From NCBI GenBank assembly GCA_045642385.1, contig JAZUIT010000355.1:1-61313 (forward strand): DNA of 61,313 nt, in the 5' to 3' direction. The notes under the pieces were generated by a model. It did not search any database. It saw only the letters and a list, made by a program, of their open reading frames with translations, and was not told where the DNA came from. This DNA is from Acutalibacteraceae bacterium (GTDB lineage Bacteria > Bacillota > Clostridia > Oscillospirales > Acutalibacteraceae). Shown one piece after another: positions 10,663 through 19,873 of the stretch; positions within the stretch are counted from its first letter, which is position 1; every line of letters begins with the position of its first letter. The translations under genes and the position numbers were made by a program.

Positions 10663-11706
10663 TTGGACAGAGATATTGCTTCAAAAACTCTTGAAGAATT
10701 AAAGCTTCAGTTTACCGAAATGGGTGAAAAACCTTTCAGAGCAAATCAGATATATTCCTGGATTCACGGGAAAAATGTACTTGATTTTGATAAAATGTCG
10801 AATTTATCAAAAAATTTTCGTGAATTTTTGAAAAATAATTACACTATTTTCGGTTGTACTATTGAAAAAAAACTGAAATCGGAGTATGATAGTACGGTGA
10901 AGTATTTGTTTAAACTGGACGATGGTGAGTACATCGAATCAGTTTTGATGAAATACAAATACGGCTATACCGTTTGCGTTTCATCTCAGGTCGGTTGCAA
11001 AATGGCGTGCCGCTTTTGTGCCACCGGACAGGGCGGATTTGTGAGGAATCTTTTACCGTCCGAAATACTTTCGCAAATATATGTTATTCAGAATGATATG
11101 AACATAAAAATATCCCATATTGTAATTATGGGAATGGGTGAACCGCTGGATAACTATGAAAATGTTTTGAGATTTTTGACACTTGTCAATTCTGCAGACG
11201 GGCTTAATATTTCAATGAGAAATATTTCGCTTTCAACCTGCGGCATTGTTCCTAAAATATATGACCTTGCGGATAAAAAATTACAGCTTACTTTGTCTGT
11301 ATCCTTGCACGCCCCTTTTGATGATATGCGGCTTAGTATGATGCCCGTCAATAAGACATATCCTATTGATGAATTATTAAAAGCCTGTCGGTATTATATC
11401 AAACAGACATCGAGAAGAATATCATTTGAATACGCAATGGTCAGCGGTGTCAATGATTTTGATGAGTGTGCTGTAAAGCTGTCAGCTTTACTCAAAGGTA
11501 TGCTGTGTCATGTTAATTTAATACCTGTAAATAATGTAACCGGCAACGGTTATTCAAAAAGCAGTGTTGAAAGAATTAATTCGTTTGTAAATATTCTTGA
11601 AAAGCACGGAATTACTACTACGGTCAGAAGAAGTCTCGGTTCGGATATTGATGCTTCGTGCGGTCAATTGAGAAGACGGATTAAGACCGGGAAGGATACA
11701 TTTTGA
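10663..11706 (+). CDS. rlmN: 23S rRNA/tRNA (adenine-C2)-methyltransferase RlmN (radical SAM)
   Basis: PFRANQIYSW, CKMACRFCATG (CxxxCxxC), and C-terminal DIDASCGQL. Starts at TTG. Confidence 0.92.
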   Translation: MDRDIASKTLEELKLQFTEMGEKPFRANQIYSWIHGKNVLDFDKMSNLSKNFREFLKNNYTIFGCTIEKKLKSEYDSTVKYLFKLDDGEYIESVLMKYKYGYTVCVSSQVGCKMACRFCATGQGGFVRNLLPSEILSQIYVIQNDMNIKISHIVIMGMGEPLDNYENVLRFLTLVNSADGLNISMRNISLSTCGIVPKIYDLADKKLQLTLSVSLHAPFDDMRLSMMPVNKTYPIDELLKACRYYIKQTSRRISFEYAMVSGVNDFDECAVKLSALLKGMLCHVNLIPVNNVTGNGYSKSSVERINSFVNILEKHGITTTVRRSLGSDIDASCGQLRRRIKTGKDTF

Positions 11707-12440
11707 TGAGAATATCAGTAAAAACAGATGTAGGTTTAACTCGTTCAGTTAATCAGGATGCATTTTCATACGGTGAATTTTCCGAAACAGCGGCGTGGGC
11801 TGTTGTTTGTGACGGTATGGGCGGAGCTTCTGCCGGTGATGTTGCAAGCAGTGTTGCTTCAAGCTTGATTGCCGAGAAGCTTAAAAAGTCATTCAGCCCT
11901 GATATGAATAGCGCTTCTGTGATTAATTTGATTAAATCAGTTGTGGAAACAGCAAATTCAAAGCTTTACAGTATGGCGAGCGAAAATCCCGATTTGCAGG
12001 GAATGGGTACAACTGTTGTTGTTGCCATTATATCCGGAAGTAAGATTTATATAGCCAACGCCGGTGACAGCAGAGCATATTATTACTGTAAAGAAAACGG
12101 CTTGACACAGATAACAAAGGATCATTCTGTTGTTCAGGCTATGGTAGAGTTGGGCGAAATTACTCCTGATGAAGCGAGAAACCATCCGAGAAAGAATATT
12201 ATTACAAGGGCTTTGGGTGTAGAGGATACAATAGAGCTTGATTTTTATGAAAATGAAATGGATGCTGACGGAGTTTTACTTATATGCAGTGACGGTCTGA
12301 CAAATTATGTCGTTGACGAGGAAATAGAAAAGCTGATTGTTAATACAGAGTTTGATAAACTTGCTGAGGTTTTGGTTGATTCCGCTAATGAAAAAGGCGG
12401 AGGTGACAATATTACTGTTGTTACCGTTGCATCATGCTGA
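11703..12440 (+). CDS. stp: PP2C-family Ser/Thr protein phosphatase Stp/PrpC
   Basis: NQDAF, CDGMGG, ANAGDSRAY, CSDGLTN and GGGDNITV motifs. Confidence 0.92.
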   Translation: MMRISVKTDVGLTRSVNQDAFSYGEFSETAAWAVVCDGMGGASAGDVASSVASSLIAEKLKKSFSPDMNSASVINLIKSVVETANSKLYSMASENPDLQGMGTTVVVAIISGSKIYIANAGDSRAYYYCKENGLTQITKDHSVVQAMVELGEITPDEARNHPRKNIITRALGVEDTIELDFYENEMDADGVLLICSDGLTNYVVDEEIEKLIVNTEFDKLAEVLVDSANEKGGGDNITVVTVASC

Positions 12441-12456
12441 ACGGGAGGTTGAAAAT

Positions 12457-14280
12457 ATGGATAACTATGTGGGAAAAAGACTTGACGGCAGATATGAAAT
12501 TCAGGAAATAATAGGTGTAGGCGGTATGGCGGTAGTGTATAAAGCCTATGATAATATAGATGACAGGATAGTTGCCGTAAAGGTGTTAAAAGAAGAATTT
12601 CTTGCAAATGAAGAATTCAGACGCAGATTCAAAAACGAGTCGAAAGCAATTTCCGTTTTGTCACATCCGAATATCGTAAAGGTTTATGATGTAAGTTTCG
12701 GAGACAGGCTTCAATATATCGTTATGGAATATGTTGAAGGTATTACCCTGAAAGAATATATCCAGCAACAGGGTGCCGTCAACTGGCATGAGTGCGTAAA
12801 ATTTCTTGTGCAGATTTTACGGGCTTTACAGCACGCTCACGATAAGGGAATAGTTCACAGGGATGTTAAGCCCCAAAACATAATGCTGTTACAGCACGGA
12901 ATAATAAAAATCGGTGATTTCGGTATTGCAAGGTTCAGCAGAAGCGAAACAAGAACGATGACAGAAAATGCAATCGGCTCCGTTCATTATATAAGCCCCG
13001 AACAGGCAAGAGGAGATTTAACTGACGAAAAAGCCGATATATATTCAGTCGGTGTTGTAATGTACGAAATGCTTACGGGTCAGTTGCCGTTTGAATCTGA
13101 CAGTGCAGTTGCCGTTGCATTAATGCAGGTTCAACAGGACCCCAAGAAGCCTCGTGAAATCAACCCCAATATTCCCGTAGGACTTGAACAGGTTACAATG
13201 CGTGCAATGCAGAAAAATTCTGCCGACAGATATCAGTCTGCCGCTGAAATGTTGCTTGACCTTGATGAGTTTAAAAGAAATCCGTCAATTAAATTTGACT
13301 ATTCGTATTATGTAGACAAGCAGCCTACAAAATATGCTACCGAAATACTCGGTAAGCTTCCTGTTCCGCCAAAGGAAGAGGATAAGGAAGAGGATGAAAA
13401 ATATTCGGGTTCAACAAAGCCTGCCGGAGGAAGAATGGTTCCTATTATGCTGGGTGTTGCGTTGGGATTACTTGTTGTTGCCGGAATTGTAATAATGCTT
13501 GTAATGAAGTCGGGTATGATGAATGATAATTCAAGGATTGAAGTCGAGAATTTCATCGGTAAGAATTATTATGAAGATATTGAACCTAACCTGAAAACCA
13601 CATACGAAAAATATAATTTTGAAACCGTGCTTGAAGCTAACAGCCAGAAAAAAGACGGTGAAATTATCAGACAAAATCCTTCCGCCGGTACAAAGATTGT
13701 TCCAGATGAGGTTGTAACACTTACTGTTATTTCAAATTCAACTGTTCAGGTACCGGATGTTTACGGAAACAATTATTCTCAGGCACAGCAGAAACTGATT
13801 GCCGCAGGATTTACTGTTACGATTGAACAGGTTCAGGATTCCTCACGCAGTGTAGGTACAGTTATTTCTACACAGCCCGAAAAAGGTGCAAACGCCCCGA
13901 GAGGTTCAAATGTTAAGCTTTTGGTTGCAATTAAGAATGATGATGCAAATGATGTGGTAGTTCCCAATCTTGTGGGTTGGAGCTTGTCGGATGCCATTGA
14001 TATGCTTGAAGCGGCAGGGCTTATGCTTGATACAAACTATGTCTATATAAACAGCGAAAAAGAAATTGATACCGTTTTAGACCAGTCTGTTGCCGCAGGA
14101 TCAAGCGTTGCGGCTGGTTCGTACATATCTATTACTCTCAGCAACGGATATACAACTACACTTCCGCCGTCAACAGAAGCAACATCGGCTACCGATGTTA
14201 CCGATAACACCGATACTTCATCAACCGATGATACTTCAAGCACCGATGGCAGTGCTAATATTCCTAATCCGCAATTCTAA
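12457..14280 (+). CDS. prkC: Ser/Thr protein kinase PrkC/PknB type with TM segment and three PASTA domains
   Basis: GVGGMAVVYKA, VAVKVL, HRDVKPQN, DFGIA, SPEQ. TM helix IMLGVALGLLVVAGIVIMLV, then three PASTA-like repeats and a T/S/D-rich tail. ATG 12457 is preceded by GGGAGG. Confidence 0.93.
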   Translation: MDNYVGKRLDGRYEIQEIIGVGGMAVVYKAYDNIDDRIVAVKVLKEEFLANEEFRRRFKNESKAISVLSHPNIVKVYDVSFGDRLQYIVMEYVEGITLKEYIQQQGAVNWHECVKFLVQILRALQHAHDKGIVHRDVKPQNIMLLQHGIIKIGDFGIARFSRSETRTMTENAIGSVHYISPEQARGDLTDEKADIYSVGVVMYEMLTGQLPFESDSAVAVALMQVQQDPKKPREINPNIPVGLEQVTMRAMQKNSADRYQSAAEMLLDLDEFKRNPSIKFDYSYYVDKQPTKYATEILGKLPVPPKEEDKEEDEKYSGSTKPAGGRMVPIMLGVALGLLVVAGIVIMLVMKSGMMNDNSRIEVENFIGKNYYEDIEPNLKTTYEKYNFETVLEANSQKKDGEIIRQNPSAGTKIVPDEVVTLTVISNSTVQVPDVYGNNYSQAQQKLIAAGFTVTIEQVQDSSRSVGTVISTQPEKGANAPRGSNVKLLVAIKNDDANDVVVPNLVGWSLSDAIDMLEAAGLMLDTNYVYINSEKEIDTVLDQSVAAGSSVAAGSYISITLSNGYTTTLPPSTEATSATDVTDNTDTSSTDDTSSTDGSANIPNPQF

Positions 14281-14301
14281 ATAAATGCTACGGAGGTAAA
14301 A

Positions 14302-15177
14302 ATGGCAGAATATATTATTGCTACAACATCTACATCAGACTTGCCGCTTGAGTTTTTAAACGAACACGGTATTGAGTTTATCAGTTATTCATATATGCTG
14401 GATAATGAAATCTATTATGACGATTGTAAGGAAGAAACAAAGCTCAGTATTGCAAAGAAAATGCGTGAAGGAGCTGAAATTTCAACTTCAATGATAAACT
14501 CTTATAATTACTATGAGTTTTTTAAAAAACTTCTTGAAACCGGTAAAAATGTTTTGTTTCTTGATATGTCAAAAAAAATATCCCACTCCTTTGATGCGGC
14601 TAACGATGCCGCCGAAAAAGCCAGAGCGGAATTTCCAAAGCAGGAATTGTACATTATGGATACAAGGTGTATTTCCGGCGGATTGGGATTGCTTGTTTCT
14701 AAATGTGTTGAGTTGAAAGAAGCGGGAAAATCGTTTGAAGAAGTAATTGAATGGGCAGAGAAAAATAAATTAAAAATTATGCATAGATTTACCGTTGATG
14801 ATTTAAAGTATCTGAAAAAAGGCGGAAGAGTATCAAATGCATCTGCTTTGGTCGGTGCATTGTTATCTATAAAACCAATACTTTATGTGCCTGACGACGG
14901 AACTTTAAGTGTTTCATCAAAGGTCAGAGGAAGAAAGCTTGCACTTCTCAAATATGTTGAAGATATGAAAAAGGATATGGTTAGTCCTGAGGAAAATGAA
15001 GTAAGAATTTTGCACATGGATTCGTTGAAAGATGCGGAATTTGTTAAAGCAAAAATAATTGAAGCTTTCCCCAAAATTGCAAAAATATCAATTGGAAGTA
15101 TCGGTACTGTTATAGGAGCTCATGTGGGTCCCGGTTTAATCGCAATGTTTTATTTCGGATGTAAGCGGCAGCCGTAA
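14302..15177 (+). CDS. DegV family fatty-acid-binding protein
   Basis: Size and motifs of the DegV family (STSDLP, GGLGLLV, HVGPGLIAMFYF). Confidence 0.85.
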   Translation: MAEYIIATTSTSDLPLEFLNEHGIEFISYSYMLDNEIYYDDCKEETKLSIAKKMREGAEISTSMINSYNYYEFFKKLLETGKNVLFLDMSKKISHSFDAANDAAEKARAEFPKQELYIMDTRCISGGLGLLVSKCVELKEAGKSFEEVIEWAEKNKLKIMHRFTVDDLKYLKKGGRVSNASALVGALLSIKPILYVPDDGTLSVSSKVRGRKLALLKYVEDMKKDMVSPEENEVRILHMDSLKDAEFVKAKIIEAFPKIAKISIGSIGTVIGAHVGPGLIAMFYFGCKRQP

Positions 15178-15185
15178 AAATCAGG

Positions 15186-15225
15186 GGCGGAGTAAAAAAC
15201 TACAAGTTTTTTACAGCGCCTTTTT
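15186..15225. terminator. Bidirectional rho-independent terminator between convergent degV and the oxidoreductase gene
   Basis: GGCGgaGTAAAAAAC-tacaa-GTTTTTTACagCGCC hairpin, followed by TTTTT and preceded by an A-run. Confidence 0.75.
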
Positions 15226-15268
15226 AAAATGTTTATATCTGTTAGATTGTTTATAAATCTGCCGGTTT

Positions 15269-16345
15269 TTAAAGTCTTACTTCAAAGCCTGTTTCTGCTG
15301 ATTCATAGATTGCAGAAAGAATTTTAATCATATCAACACCCTGCTGAGGTTTGTAACAAGGCTCAGTGCCGTTAACAACAACATCGACAAAGTGACGGAG
15401 GTTTGCCTCATGACCTCCGATTTTTTGTTGAAGCTTAGGACAGTAATCAATAAGTCTGCCGGGTTCAAGCTCAACATCTTCGGTGAAGATTTTAAGCTGT
15501 TCGTCCTGCCAGGTAAGACCTGCTTTTGTACCTCTGAGTTCAACAAATCTCGTTTCCATACCGATGTTTGATGCCCAACTGAATTCAATCTGTAATGTTG
15601 CACCGTTGTCAAATTTAATCATACCCATTGCAAGGTCTTCGACATCAAAAGTACCCTTTGAGTTAGCATCTCCGAATTTTGAATGTTCGGAGTCATTACC
15701 CTTCGAGTTTGCAAATTTACAATATGTACTGCCGGAAACGGCAACGGGAGTGGGGTTGCCCATAAGATAAATTGCAAGGTCAATCATATGAACACCGAGG
15801 TCAATTAAGGGACCGCCGCCGGATTCTGCTTTTGTTGTGAACCAACCGCCTTTACCGGGTATTCCGCGGCGTCTTATCCAACCGCAGCGACCGCAGTAAA
15901 TATCACCCATTTTTCCTGCGTTAATATATTTTTTTGCATAAGCAGAAGCATCCGTAAAACGGTTGTTGCGCATAACCATAAGGGTTTTGTTGTTGTCTTT
16001 TGCCGCTTTCTGCATACCGAGAACAGCTTCAACGCTTACGGCATCCGGTTTTTCACACATCACATGTTTGCCTGCATTTAATGCGGCAACGGCAATTTCT
16101 GCGTGTTTGTAGTTGGGGGTACAGATGTCAACTGCATCAATTGTTTCATCTTTTAAAAGCTCTCTGTAATCTTCATATACATCTGCGTCGTTAAACCAGG
16201 TTTCTTTTGCATATTCGGCTCTGTCAACTCTTATATCACAGAGTGCAACAATTTCAACCTGTTCAGGCATTTTGAGATAAGCGCTGATATGAGCACCCTT
16301 ACATATACCGCCGATACCGATTAACCCTATCCTTAATTTACTCAT
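15269..16345 (-). CDS. Gfo/Idh/MocA family NAD(P)-dependent oxidoreductase (ThuB-like)
   Basis: N-terminal Rossmann motif IGLIGIGGICKGAH, the EKP motif (MCEKPDA), and a C-terminal alpha/beta dimerisation domain. Co-oriented 14 nt downstream of a ThuA-domain gene. Confidence 0.85.
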   Translation of the reverse strand: MSKLRIGLIGIGGICKGAHISAYLKMPEQVEIVALCDIRVDRAEYAKETWFNDADVYEDYRELLKDETIDAVDICTPNYKHAEIAVAALNAGKHVMCEKPDAVSVEAVLGMQKAAKDNNKTLMVMRNNRFTDASAYAKKYINAGKMGDIYCGRCGWIRRRGIPGKGGWFTTKAESGGGPLIDLGVHMIDLAIYLMGNPTPVAVSGSTYCKFANSKGNDSEHSKFGDANSKGTFDVEDLAMGMIKFDNGATLQIEFSWASNIGMETRFVELRGTKAGLTWQDEQLKIFTEDVELEPGRLIDYCPKLQQKIGGHEANLRHFVDVVVNGTEPCYKPQQGVDMIKILSAIYESAETGFEVRL

Positions 16346-16359
16346 TGTAAAATTCCTCC

Positions 16360-17106
16360 TCAGATTTGCTTATTGGGATGTCTTTCGTTCCATGTTGCCT
16401 CGGGAGGTTCGGCATGGGGGCAGGGAATTTCATCAACAATGTTGTACGGAGCAGCCCAATGAACGGCATTGGTAATTATTTTTTGAATTTCAGGTATGAG
16501 GTATGTGGGATTTGCCTCGTGACCGGGTTGGAAATAGAAAACCTTTCCTAAGCCCTTATACCATGTGCAACCGGAGCGGAAAGCCTCACCGCCGGAGAAC
16601 CAACCCAAGAAAATAAGCTCGTCAGGTGTGGGTATATCAAAACGCTCACCGTACATTTCTTCCTCTTCAATTTCAATATATTTATCAATACCCTGCGTAA
16701 TACGGTGATTCGGAGCAATATTTATAAGACGCTCTCTGTCGCCGTCCCTCCAACAAAGGGAGCAGGTAGTACCCATAAGTCTTTTAAACGGTTTTGAAAA
16801 ATGAGCAGAGTGAAGAAAAATAATTCCCATACCGCGCATAACACGGTTATAAATCTTTTCAACAAGCTCATCGGGAACAAATCTATGTCTGCAATGTCCC
16901 CACCAGATTAAAACATCGGTATCTTCCAACACCTTGTCCGGAAGACCGCATTCGTGCATATCCAATGTAGCGGTTTTTACTTCAAATTCTTCATCTTTTT
17001 TGAGAAATGAAGCTAAACATTCGTGCATACCGTCAGGATAAATTTCCATAACATCTTCCTGCATCTGATCCTGATAATGTTCAGTCCATACTGTAACTTT
17101 AATCAT
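16360..17106 (-). CDS. ThuA-domain protein (class I glutamine-amidotransferase-like fold, trehalose-utilisation family)
   Basis: MIKVTVWTEH...DVLIWWGH...FLHSAHFSKPF...GHE pattern is typical of ThuA. GGAGG lies 8 nt upstream of ATG 17106, and the GTG at 17115 overlaps that RBS. Confidence 0.75.
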   Translation of the reverse strand: MIKVTVWTEHYQDQMQEDVMEIYPDGMHECLASFLKKDEEFEVKTATLDMHECGLPDKVLEDTDVLIWWGHCRHRFVPDELVEKIYNRVMRGMGIIFLHSAHFSKPFKRLMGTTCSLCWRDGDRERLINIAPNHRITQGIDKYIEIEEEEMYGERFDIPTPDELIFLGWFSGGEAFRSGCTWYKGLGKVFYFQPGHEANPTYLIPEIQKIITNAVHWAAPYNIVDEIPCPHAEPPEATWNERHPNKQI

Positions 17107-17190
17107 ATTATACACCTCCGATTTTAAACAATATTACCACTAAAATCCAACGAAGTCAAGGTATTTTTGGTGATTATATTAGTAAATCTA

Positions 17191-17218
17191 TTGACAAATT
17201 TGTGAAAATAAGGATAAT
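17191..17218 (+). promoter_or_regulatory. Putative sigma-A promoter for the 17237-19755 two-gene operon
   Basis: TTGACA (17191-17196), 16-nt spacer, GATAAT (17213-17218). Confidence 0.5.
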
Positions 17219-17236
17219 AATATACAGGGTGATTTT

Positions 17237-17908
17237 ATGTTTTATGAGAACTGTTTAATAGGTGCTTCTGCTTTTTCAATCGGTTTTGCACTTACACATG
17301 AGGATACTGTAATTCTTGAACCGTCTGAAAATGTATTTTCGGATTTTGTTAATACAATTAATTACTGCAAGGTGGGGAAACCTGTCAGCGATGCAGGTAA
17401 GAAATTTTACGGTTTTCTTAAAGATGACGGATATATTTCAAAGGAAGGTTTCCTTGACACACCGTCATTTGCAACCGGAGGAGCAGATTTTGTCAACAGA
17501 AATAATCTTAATATTCTGCTCGGTGCCAAGCTTATTTGCGCAACGGAAAATTGTGTTACTGTTTATACAAACAGCGGTATCAGAAAAATAGAATGTGAAA
17601 GAATTATTAATCTAAAAGAAAATAAATCCGAAAAGGTTTACAATTGTATTGTTTTTGCTGAGGATAAAGAAGCGGTAAAAAGATTTCCCGGGAAATATAT
17701 AAAATCTTATGCTGAGAATGAATATATTTTTTCGTTAAGGTTTGATGAAGAAGCAACTGTAAATGAGGCAAGAATTGAATTTGAAAATATATTTAAAAAT
17801 ATTTATCCGAAGAATGAAGTTTTGTTAGGATATTTTGCGGACAGTTTTGATTATGAACATAAATATCCTGATTTGTTAAGCGAGTTTGAGGCAGGTGTTG
17901 AACTGTGA
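17237..17908 (+). CDS. Hypothetical protein with degenerate dinucleotide-binding N-terminus
   Basis: CLIGASAFSIGFAL...VILE resembles a GxGxxG Rossmann beta-alpha-beta unit with the glycines replaced. The stop overlaps the next start (GTGA), indicating translational coupling. Confidence 0.55.
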   Translation: MFYENCLIGASAFSIGFALTHEDTVILEPSENVFSDFVNTINYCKVGKPVSDAGKKFYGFLKDDGYISKEGFLDTPSFATGGADFVNRNNLNILLGAKLICATENCVTVYTNSGIRKIECERIINLKENKSEKVYNCIVFAEDKEAVKRFPGKYIKSYAENEYIFSLRFDEEATVNEARIEFENIFKNIYPKNEVLLGYFADSFDYEHKYPDLLSEFEAGVEL

Positions 17909-19755
17909 TTTTGCGTGAATTAGTTGATAATAAAAGTACGGTAACCACTTGTAATAATGTATTATTCGATGAAAGCTATGATGTTATTGTTGCCGGTTTA
18001 GGTTCGGCAGGTACATATTTTGCACTTGCGGCTTCTGAAAATTGCAGTGTGTTGGGAATTGAAAAATCCAACACAATAGGCGGTATGTGGTCAAACGGCT
18101 ATGTGTGCTGTTATTACCACGGACTTGACGGCGGTGCTTTTGAAAAAACCGATGAATATGAAAAAGAAAACAGGGATATGTATGCGGCTTTGCCGAAAAA
18201 TCCCTATAATAAATTTAATTTTGTTTATGAAAAATTAAAGAAACAGAATGTCAATATGTGTTTTGACAGCGTGGTTATCGGAATTTTTGAGGAGGATAAT
18301 CGGGTCAGGGGCGTTAAAGCTTTGATTGACGGTAAAATTAAAAATATTTCCTGTAAGTTCTTATGTGACTCCACAAGCGACGGACACCTGATAAGAATTT
18401 CGGGTACGGAATATACATTCGGCAGAGAAAGTGATAAGCTTCCGGCGCCGTTTTCGTTATTAACATATTTTAATTATAAAGATATGCGTCATCAGAGATA
18501 CGCCATGGATATGGGGTATATCAATCAGTATGACGATAAAGATTTTTCCGATAAAATTATTAAAGCCAAAGCCAAAATGTCAAAGAAAAATTTTTTGAGA
18601 ACCATGTCAACGGCATCAGCCGCAGGAATAAGGGAAGGTCTTTTGTTTGACGGTGAAGAAAAGCTCACACTTGAAGACATAATATATGAAAGAAAATGCG
18701 AAAATCCACTGCTTTACATTGAGTCCGATGTTGACAGACACGGCAGAGATTATGCATTGGGAAATGATTTATTTAAGGACTGGTATATACACAGTAATAT
18801 GGGTACAACCTCGCTGAAATTTCCTTTGCCCATAGGCAGTATCATACCAAGGAATAAAAAGGGATTTATAACTGCCTGCCGTTGTACGAGTACCGATACT
18901 TATGTTGCATCTGCTGTCAGAATGTTAAAGGATATGTACAGATTGGGCGAGTGCGCCGGTGTGGCAGTATCAATGGCAATAGCGGAGAACAAAAACTCCA
19001 TTGCAGATGTAGACAATAAAAAACTTACAGATGTTTTAAAAGAAAGAGGCTGTTTTAATTCGGATAAAAAAAGCGACAGGGGAACGGAGGAAAAATCAGG
19101 GGAGATTTACCCCTTTGAGTGGATAACCGACACCGATGAAATTATTAAAAATCTCAAAACAATAAGACCCGGTGTAGCTATGTGGTCGTGTAAATTATCG
19201 GATAAAAATATAATCGAACCGGTTTTGATAAAAGCAATGGAGTCGGAAGATGAAATGCTCAGAAAAAATTCTGCTGTTACATTAGGATTACTGGGAAATA
19301 AAATTGCCTTGCCGGTTTTAAGGCAAATGATAAAAAACAGAACCGATGATTTTCTTTTGGGTTGTCGCAGGTCAAACCAGATGCAGAGTATAATGGCAAT
19401 AAGTCTTGCCGGGAAATTGCAGGATGAAGAAATTCTTGATGAGCTGCTTTCAATTCTTACACTTGATGAATTTAACAGGGAAATGTATCATACACATCTT
19501 GAATTTAAATTTCTTTATTGTACGGTTGCCGATTTCAATATGATTTACTATCAGTATCTTCTGTTTGCATTGAAATCAATAGAAAGTATTTCTGCAAAAT
19601 ATAAGAATGAAAAAATTAAAACCGGTTTGACTGAATTTATTAAAAACAAAGATATAATTTCCGACAGGCTGTTAATGGGTAATGACAGTATGTTTTACAA
19701 ACATGATGCGGAGAATTTATTTACAATAGCAGAAAGTATAATTGAAAGTGTATAA
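17905..19755 (+). CDS. FAD-dependent oxidoreductase (FAD_oxidored/GIDA-like) fused to C-terminal HEAT/PBS-lyase-type repeats
   Basis: YDVIVAGLGSAGTYFA...GIEK..IGGM dinucleotide motif and distal FAD motif RLGECAGVAVSMAI. The C-terminal ~180 aa have HEAT-like repeats (EDEMLRKNSAVTLGLLGNKIALPVLRQMI..). Confidence 0.72.
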   Translation: MILRELVDNKSTVTTCNNVLFDESYDVIVAGLGSAGTYFALAASENCSVLGIEKSNTIGGMWSNGYVCCYYHGLDGGAFEKTDEYEKENRDMYAALPKNPYNKFNFVYEKLKKQNVNMCFDSVVIGIFEEDNRVRGVKALIDGKIKNISCKFLCDSTSDGHLIRISGTEYTFGRESDKLPAPFSLLTYFNYKDMRHQRYAMDMGYINQYDDKDFSDKIIKAKAKMSKKNFLRTMSTASAAGIREGLLFDGEEKLTLEDIIYERKCENPLLYIESDVDRHGRDYALGNDLFKDWYIHSNMGTTSLKFPLPIGSIIPRNKKGFITACRCTSTDTYVASAVRMLKDMYRLGECAGVAVSMAIAENKNSIADVDNKKLTDVLKERGCFNSDKKSDRGTEEKSGEIYPFEWITDTDEIIKNLKTIRPGVAMWSCKLSDKNIIEPVLIKAMESEDEMLRKNSAVTLGLLGNKIALPVLRQMIKNRTDDFLLGCRRSNQMQSIMAISLAGKLQDEEILDELLSILTLDEFNREMYHTHLEFKFLYCTVADFNMIYYQYLLFALKSIESISAKYKNEKIKTGLTEFIKNKDIISDRLLMGNDSMFYKHDAENLFTIAESIIESV

Positions 19756-19826
19756 TGCGGCATTTTTTAAAAATTTTTTAATTTTCTGTAAAATAAAATA
19801 AATTGGTTTATTTTGTCAAATTGTTC

Positions 19827-19855
19827 TTGAATTTTTATCTGAAATTTGATATCAT
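19827..19855 (+). promoter_or_regulatory. Putative extended -10 promoter for the FHA-SEDS-PBP operon
   Basis: TTGAAT (19827-19832), 17-nt spacer ending in TGa, then TATCAT (19850-19855). Confidence 0.45.
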
Positions 19856-19873
19856 ATTATACATTGACGGGAG

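Noticed and set aside
12337-12456. A 40-codon N-terminal extension of the prkC ORF in the supplied track
   Set aside because: It overlaps the last 104 nt of stp in another frame and has no kinase-related sequence. ATG 12457 is preceded by GGGAGG at proper spacing and gives the canonical kinase N-terminus.
14150-14270. ACCGAT-rich periodic DNA at the 3' end of prkC
   Set aside because: It simply encodes the Thr/Asp/Ser-rich low-complexity C-terminal tail (TDVTDNTDTSSTDDTSSTD). It is in frame and is not an independent repeat element.
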